Shown here: piece by piece, positions 36,078-39,283 of the stretch
Position numbering within the stretch: the first letter of the stretch is position 1
How the letters are laid out: each line of letters starts with the position of its first letter
DNA from: an uncultured Anaerolineaceae bacterium
Lineage (GTDB): Bacteria; Chloroflexota; Anaerolineae; Anaerolineales; Anaerolineaceae
Reading direction: 5' to 3'
DNA length: 39,283 bases
Assembly (NCBI GenBank): GCA_964570745.1
Contig: CAZMZQ010000002.1
Location: 1 to 39,283, forward strand
Position numbers and translations under genes: made by a program
Notes under the pieces: generated by a model
The model's database searches: none
The model's input: the letters and a program-made list of their open reading frames with translations, nothing else
What the model was told of the DNA's origin: nothing

Positions 36078-36557
36078 TTAATCAACGATTGAGATTGCCT
36101 CTTCGGGGCATTCTTCAGCTGCTTCTCTGGTGGCGTCCTGATATTCTTCAGGAATGGGATCCAGCAGAACTTCGGCGTAGGGTTCGTTCAAAAGACTAAA
36201 AACCTCAGGTACGATACCTTCACAAATCCCACAACCAATACAAAGGTCAGCGTCAACAATTGCTCTCATTCTTTCTTTCCTTTCAGATACTGTTGTACTA
36301 AATTCATCAACTTCAGTTTCATCAGAAACTTCAGTTGTTGTCTCATCAATCAGAGGTATATCCGCATCATCTTCTACGTTGATCGCGTCTTCCGGGCAAT
36401 CTTCGGCAGCCTGACGAGCGGCTTCCTGAAATTCCACTTCAACTGGATCCATGATCACCTGTGCTACAGGTTCATTTTCCAAACTGAACACCTCGGGTGC
36501 AACACCTTCGCAAATCCCACAACCGATACACAGATCTTCGTCTACATGTACTTTCAC
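36078..36557 (-). CDS. Tandem two-domain ferredoxin (two single-cluster Fe-S modules)
   Basis: Two near-identical modules (D-DLCIGCGICEG-PEVFSL-NEP...CPE-AI) are joined by an acidic linker. GTG 36557 is preceded by GGAGG. The upstream 18 codons of the ORF track consist of two palindromes and are treated as leader. Confidence 0.8.
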   Translation of the reverse strand: MKVHVDEDLCIGCGICEGVAPEVFSLENEPVAQVIMDPVEVEFQEAARQAAEDCPEDAINVEDDADIPLIDETTTEVSDETEVDEFSTTVSERKERMRAIVDADLCIGCGICEGIVPEVFSLLNEPYAEVLLDPIPEEYQDATREAAEECPEEAISIVD

Positions 36558-36695
36558 TTTACTACCTCCGGCTGGCAACCAGCCATCACAACCGAGCAGA
36601 TATCTGCTCACCTCGCTTAGTATAACACGTTGTTATAATTTTAACGTTCTAATTTTGTTAATAAATATGACAGCTTAAATCTGGTTTTATGTTGT

Positions 36696-37736
36696 TCATT
36701 TTTCAAGAGTGAAGGTTTTAAAACCCGCTGAAATGATCTCACTGATCGCGACTACAATTGAAATTACGATAACAATCAGAATGGGAAAGGGCAGCATCGC
36801 CCAATCACTTGCCAACCCAGCAACCGGCTGCCCATTGATGCCGTAAATGCTGAATCCGGTCAATTCCTGGAAGCGCTCCACAAATAAAGGATTGACAGAG
36901 TGGGAGTTTCCCAACCAAATTATCGTGGTGGCAACAGTAACCAGGTTTGTCAGGACCTTTGCAGCAAAGACACGATATGTGTGACGACCGTCTAAAAATT
37001 TGACAATCGCCTCGAGAATCATGGCAACTACCGAAGCAATCAAGAGATAACGTACACCAATCAGCAAATCAGGATTAAAAAATGGGAATGGCTTTGGCGT
37101 CATCCCGATGACAGGGATATTCATATAGGGTAATAGAATGAAAAGGATCGTAAACACCGTTACAAAGATCACGTCAGCAATTATTTCACCGCGACCGATG
37201 CGTGCTCTTTCTGAAGGAACTTCCGGCAAATCGTTAAGGTCACCCAGGTCAAAGTCAAACTTGACACCTTTATGATAAAGAATAGCGAAGATGATCGTTA
37301 CCCAGGCGAATCCACCCAACAGACCTGAGAATAACGCTGTGATCCATTCTGCAAGCGCATCAACAAACCAGTTTATCGAAGAATCAAGGTTAATTTCCGA
37401 GATATTACTAATAACGCTAACCAGAAGACTAATTGATATCCCCAATGCAATGGCGAAAAGAACAATTTTCAACACCTTCAAGTACGTACTGTAATGGGGT
37501 TGTCCAATCAGGCTGTCATTTGCCTTGCCTGTATATGCCCGAGCCATTGTCTCAGGATTGCCAAGTTCCATCAACACCTGCCGAACTTTTTCTTCCTCGC
37601 TTCCAGGTTGGCCCGCTTTTTCAGCTAACATTGTTTCGACAAGCTCATCCAATTCTTTGGATATATCTGCAGCTTCTTTTTTTGACATGTGGCGGGTTAC
37701 CGCGTAAATATAGCGTTCAATTAAATTATTTTTCAT
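36696..37736 (-). CDS. Membrane protein with N-terminal HAAS/DUF1700-like domain (PadR-associated sensor)
   Basis: N-terminal IERYIYAVTRHMSKKEAADISKELDELVETML pattern followed by ~6 TM helices. Overlaps the padR stop by 11 nt. Confidence 0.65.
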   Translation of the reverse strand: MKNNLIERYIYAVTRHMSKKEAADISKELDELVETMLAEKAGQPGSEEEKVRQVLMELGNPETMARAYTGKANDSLIGQPHYSTYLKVLKIVLFAIALGISISLLVSVISNISEINLDSSINWFVDALAEWITALFSGLLGGFAWVTIIFAILYHKGVKFDFDLGDLNDLPEVPSERARIGRGEIIADVIFVTVFTILFILLPYMNIPVIGMTPKPFPFFNPDLLIGVRYLLIASVVAMILEAIVKFLDGRHTYRVFAAKVLTNLVTVATTIIWLGNSHSVNPLFVERFQELTGFSIYGINGQPVAGLASDWAMLPFPILIVIVISIVVAISEIISAGFKTFTLEK

Positions 37737-38073
37737 TTTGATCCTCAATGATCTCTCTAACAACCTTATTTGTTTCATGCCAATGAGCCTTTAGCCGTTC
37801 AAAAAAAAGAGCACCTGCAGGCGAAATCAGGTAGTATTTACGGGGTTTATCTGTAGTGGTATCCCAATCAGAGTTTAGCAATCCTTGCTTCTCAAGCCGG
37901 CGCAAGAGTGGGTAAACTGTGTTCGCATCCAGGGGAAACCCCTTTTCACCCAGTGATTTGACCAACTCATACCCATACGCCGGCTGCTTGCACTGGCTGA
38001 GTACAACCAGGTTAGTTAACCCACGCCGTAGTTCTACGTTTACATTCTCAAATGTGTTTTCAAATTCCTCCAT
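37726..38073 (-). CDS. PadR-family transcriptional regulator
   Basis: LVVLSQCKQPAYGYELVKSL...TVYPLLRRLEKQGLL winged-helix signature. AAGGAG RBS. Confidence 0.92.
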   Translation of the reverse strand: MEEFENTFENVNVELRRGLTNLVVLSQCKQPAYGYELVKSLGEKGFPLDANTVYPLLRRLEKQGLLNSDWDTTTDKPRKYYLISPAGALFFERLKAHWHETNKVVREIIEDQNEK

Positions 38074-38102
38074 AACGCTCCTTTCAACGTGTTTTCCACA
38101 TT

Positions 38103-38123
38103 ATACTGTATATCACACAGTAT
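38103..38123. promoter_or_regulatory. Putative PadR autoregulatory operator ATACTGT-N7-ACAGTAT
   Basis: Perfect 7-bp inverted repeat, 30-50 nt upstream of the padR ATG. Confidence 0.5.
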
Positions 38124-38422
38124 TGTCAATACCATAATATATTTTTGTTTGGGTTAGGCTTCGCTTTTTCCTATAATGCTCTTGTATATTAGAACAAGTC
38201 TAGAGAATGTCCCGATCGTAAGTACTGAGTGAGCGCTTACATAGTCAGACCTCCCCAACTAAAAAACTGCGGACAGACATTGAAAACCGGAAATAAACCA
38301 TGATTACAAGAGAATGGGTTTAGTTGAAAAAATTTCCCATATTGAGAATTGCTGACTCTTTTCAATCAGGTTTCATTTTCTGCATGAATGTTGTATAGTT
38401 ATCAAATATTTTGGAGGAAAGC

Positions 38423-39268
38423 ATGATCTATCACATAACAACCCAATCAGAATGGCAAAAAAATTCCAAAGATAAAAACTTTAGCGCAGACAGTTTAAAA
38501 TCTGAAGGTTTTATCCATTGTTCCGACCATTATCAGCTAGAAGACACAGCCAACCGTCTGTTCGCAGACACTCCTGACCTGGTCGTGCTCGAAATTGACC
38601 CCGATAAGCTTGAATCTCCCCTGGTTTACGAAAACCTTGAAGGGGGGGAAATGCTCTTCCCACATATTTATGGGCCCCTCAACCTGGATGCCGTTATCAG
38701 CACTTTTCAGTTCGATCACGGTAAAAATGGAAGGCTGGAATTGCCGGAAGGGCAAAAACACCCTGAACCAGAACTGCTCACCGAGTTTCTTTTTGGAACC
38801 CCCGGGAAGGTCTATCGTTCTCCCACCCCGGGCAGCCGGATGTTTGACCCTGATGATCAGGTCCTCAGTCTTTACAAAGAAAAAGGGATCTCCACTGTTG
38901 TCGTTTTGAATTTTGAAGAAGAACACCAGAGACACAGTGGTCGTAACTTGCTTGACCTTTACCGACAGTTCGGGTATCACGTCATTTATGCACCGGTACC
39001 CGACTTTTCCACGCCAGAAAAAGGTGCCTGGGATCAGACATTAGCTGAAACCATCGATGCAATAAAAAACGGTGAAAACACTGTCATTCATTGCCACGCT
39101 GGAATTGGCAGGACAGGCATGTTTGTAGCCATGTTGGCACATGAAATTCTCGCACTCAACAGTGAAGACGCAATTGCATGGGTTCGAAATTATGTGCCCT
39201 ATGCAATTGACACTCATTACCAGAAATCAGCTGTAGAGGATTACATCAACAAAAACTCCACCCATTAA
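38423..39268 (+). CDS. DUF952 domain fused to a Cys-based (CX5R) protein-tyrosine/dual-specificity phosphatase domain
   Basis: The N-terminus (IYHIT...GFIHCS...LLFPHIYGPLNLDAV) is DUF952-like. The C-terminus carries the P-loop VIHCHAGIGRTG. GGAGGA RBS before ATG 38423. Confidence 0.75.
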   Translation: MIYHITTQSEWQKNSKDKNFSADSLKSEGFIHCSDHYQLEDTANRLFADTPDLVVLEIDPDKLESPLVYENLEGGEMLFPHIYGPLNLDAVISTFQFDHGKNGRLELPEGQKHPEPELLTEFLFGTPGKVYRSPTPGSRMFDPDDQVLSLYKEKGISTVVVLNFEEEHQRHSGRNLLDLYRQFGYHVIYAPVPDFSTPEKGAWDQTLAETIDAIKNGENTVIHCHAGIGRTGMFVAMLAHEILALNSEDAIAWVRNYVPYAIDTHYQKSAVEDYINKNSTH

Positions 39269-39283
39269 CGGCAATGAGCGAGG

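Noticed and set aside
36558-36611. ATG 36611 as the ferredoxin start.
   Set aside because: The 18 extra codons consist of two palindromic or hairpin sequences. GTG 36557 has GGAGG at 7-nt spacing and begins exactly at the conserved ferredoxin module.
38191-38203. AGAACAAGTCTAG as a second SOS box, along with the half-site AGAACGTT (minus strand) at 36644-36651.
   Set aside because: Neither has the second GTTC arm at N4 spacing.

Overview
The window is 39.3 kb of bacterial chromosome. Gene content, dense GGAGG-type ribosome-binding sites and a Gram-positive/Chloroflexi-type SOS box suggest a Chloroflexota (Anaerolineae-like) or other monoderm-type organism; this is inference, not verified. 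From left to right it contains: tRNA-Phe; a small hyper-acidic protein; a divergent phosphofructokinase; a MacAB-like efflux operon (adaptor, ATPase, permease); housekeeping and unknown genes; an atypical OmpR-family regulator; a replication cluster (bifunctional nuclease, DnaB, DnaD-like, internally duplicated DnaC/DnaI-like loader); glucan phosphorylase; a 560-nt repeat-rich intergenic region; a large HerA/DUF853-like ATPase; and DegV. A compact ~10-kb phage-derived operon follows on the minus strand (19912-29941). The right end holds ordinary genes: Nim-like, YgjP-like, lipoproteins, MFS, LuxR solo, GT28, di-ferredoxin, PadR plus membrane sensor, and a DUF952-phosphatase fusion. The phage-like operon is the most interesting part. 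It encodes a putative small terminase, a large terminase, a GH25 lysozyme, a portal, a protease-scaffold-capsid fusion, a holin-like protein and four unknown proteins, all tightly coupled. No integrase, repressor, replication or long-tail genes are visible. A perfect AGAAC-N4-GTTCT palindrome (LexA/Cheo-box type) sits directly upstream of it. The large terminase is interrupted by one in-frame TAA before its last nuclease motif. The cluster is bracketed by a ~20-bp imperfect direct repeat. I read it as either a decaying prophage or a domesticated, SOS-controlled phage-like particle/lysis module. All homology calls rest on motif recognition by eye; no searches were run.
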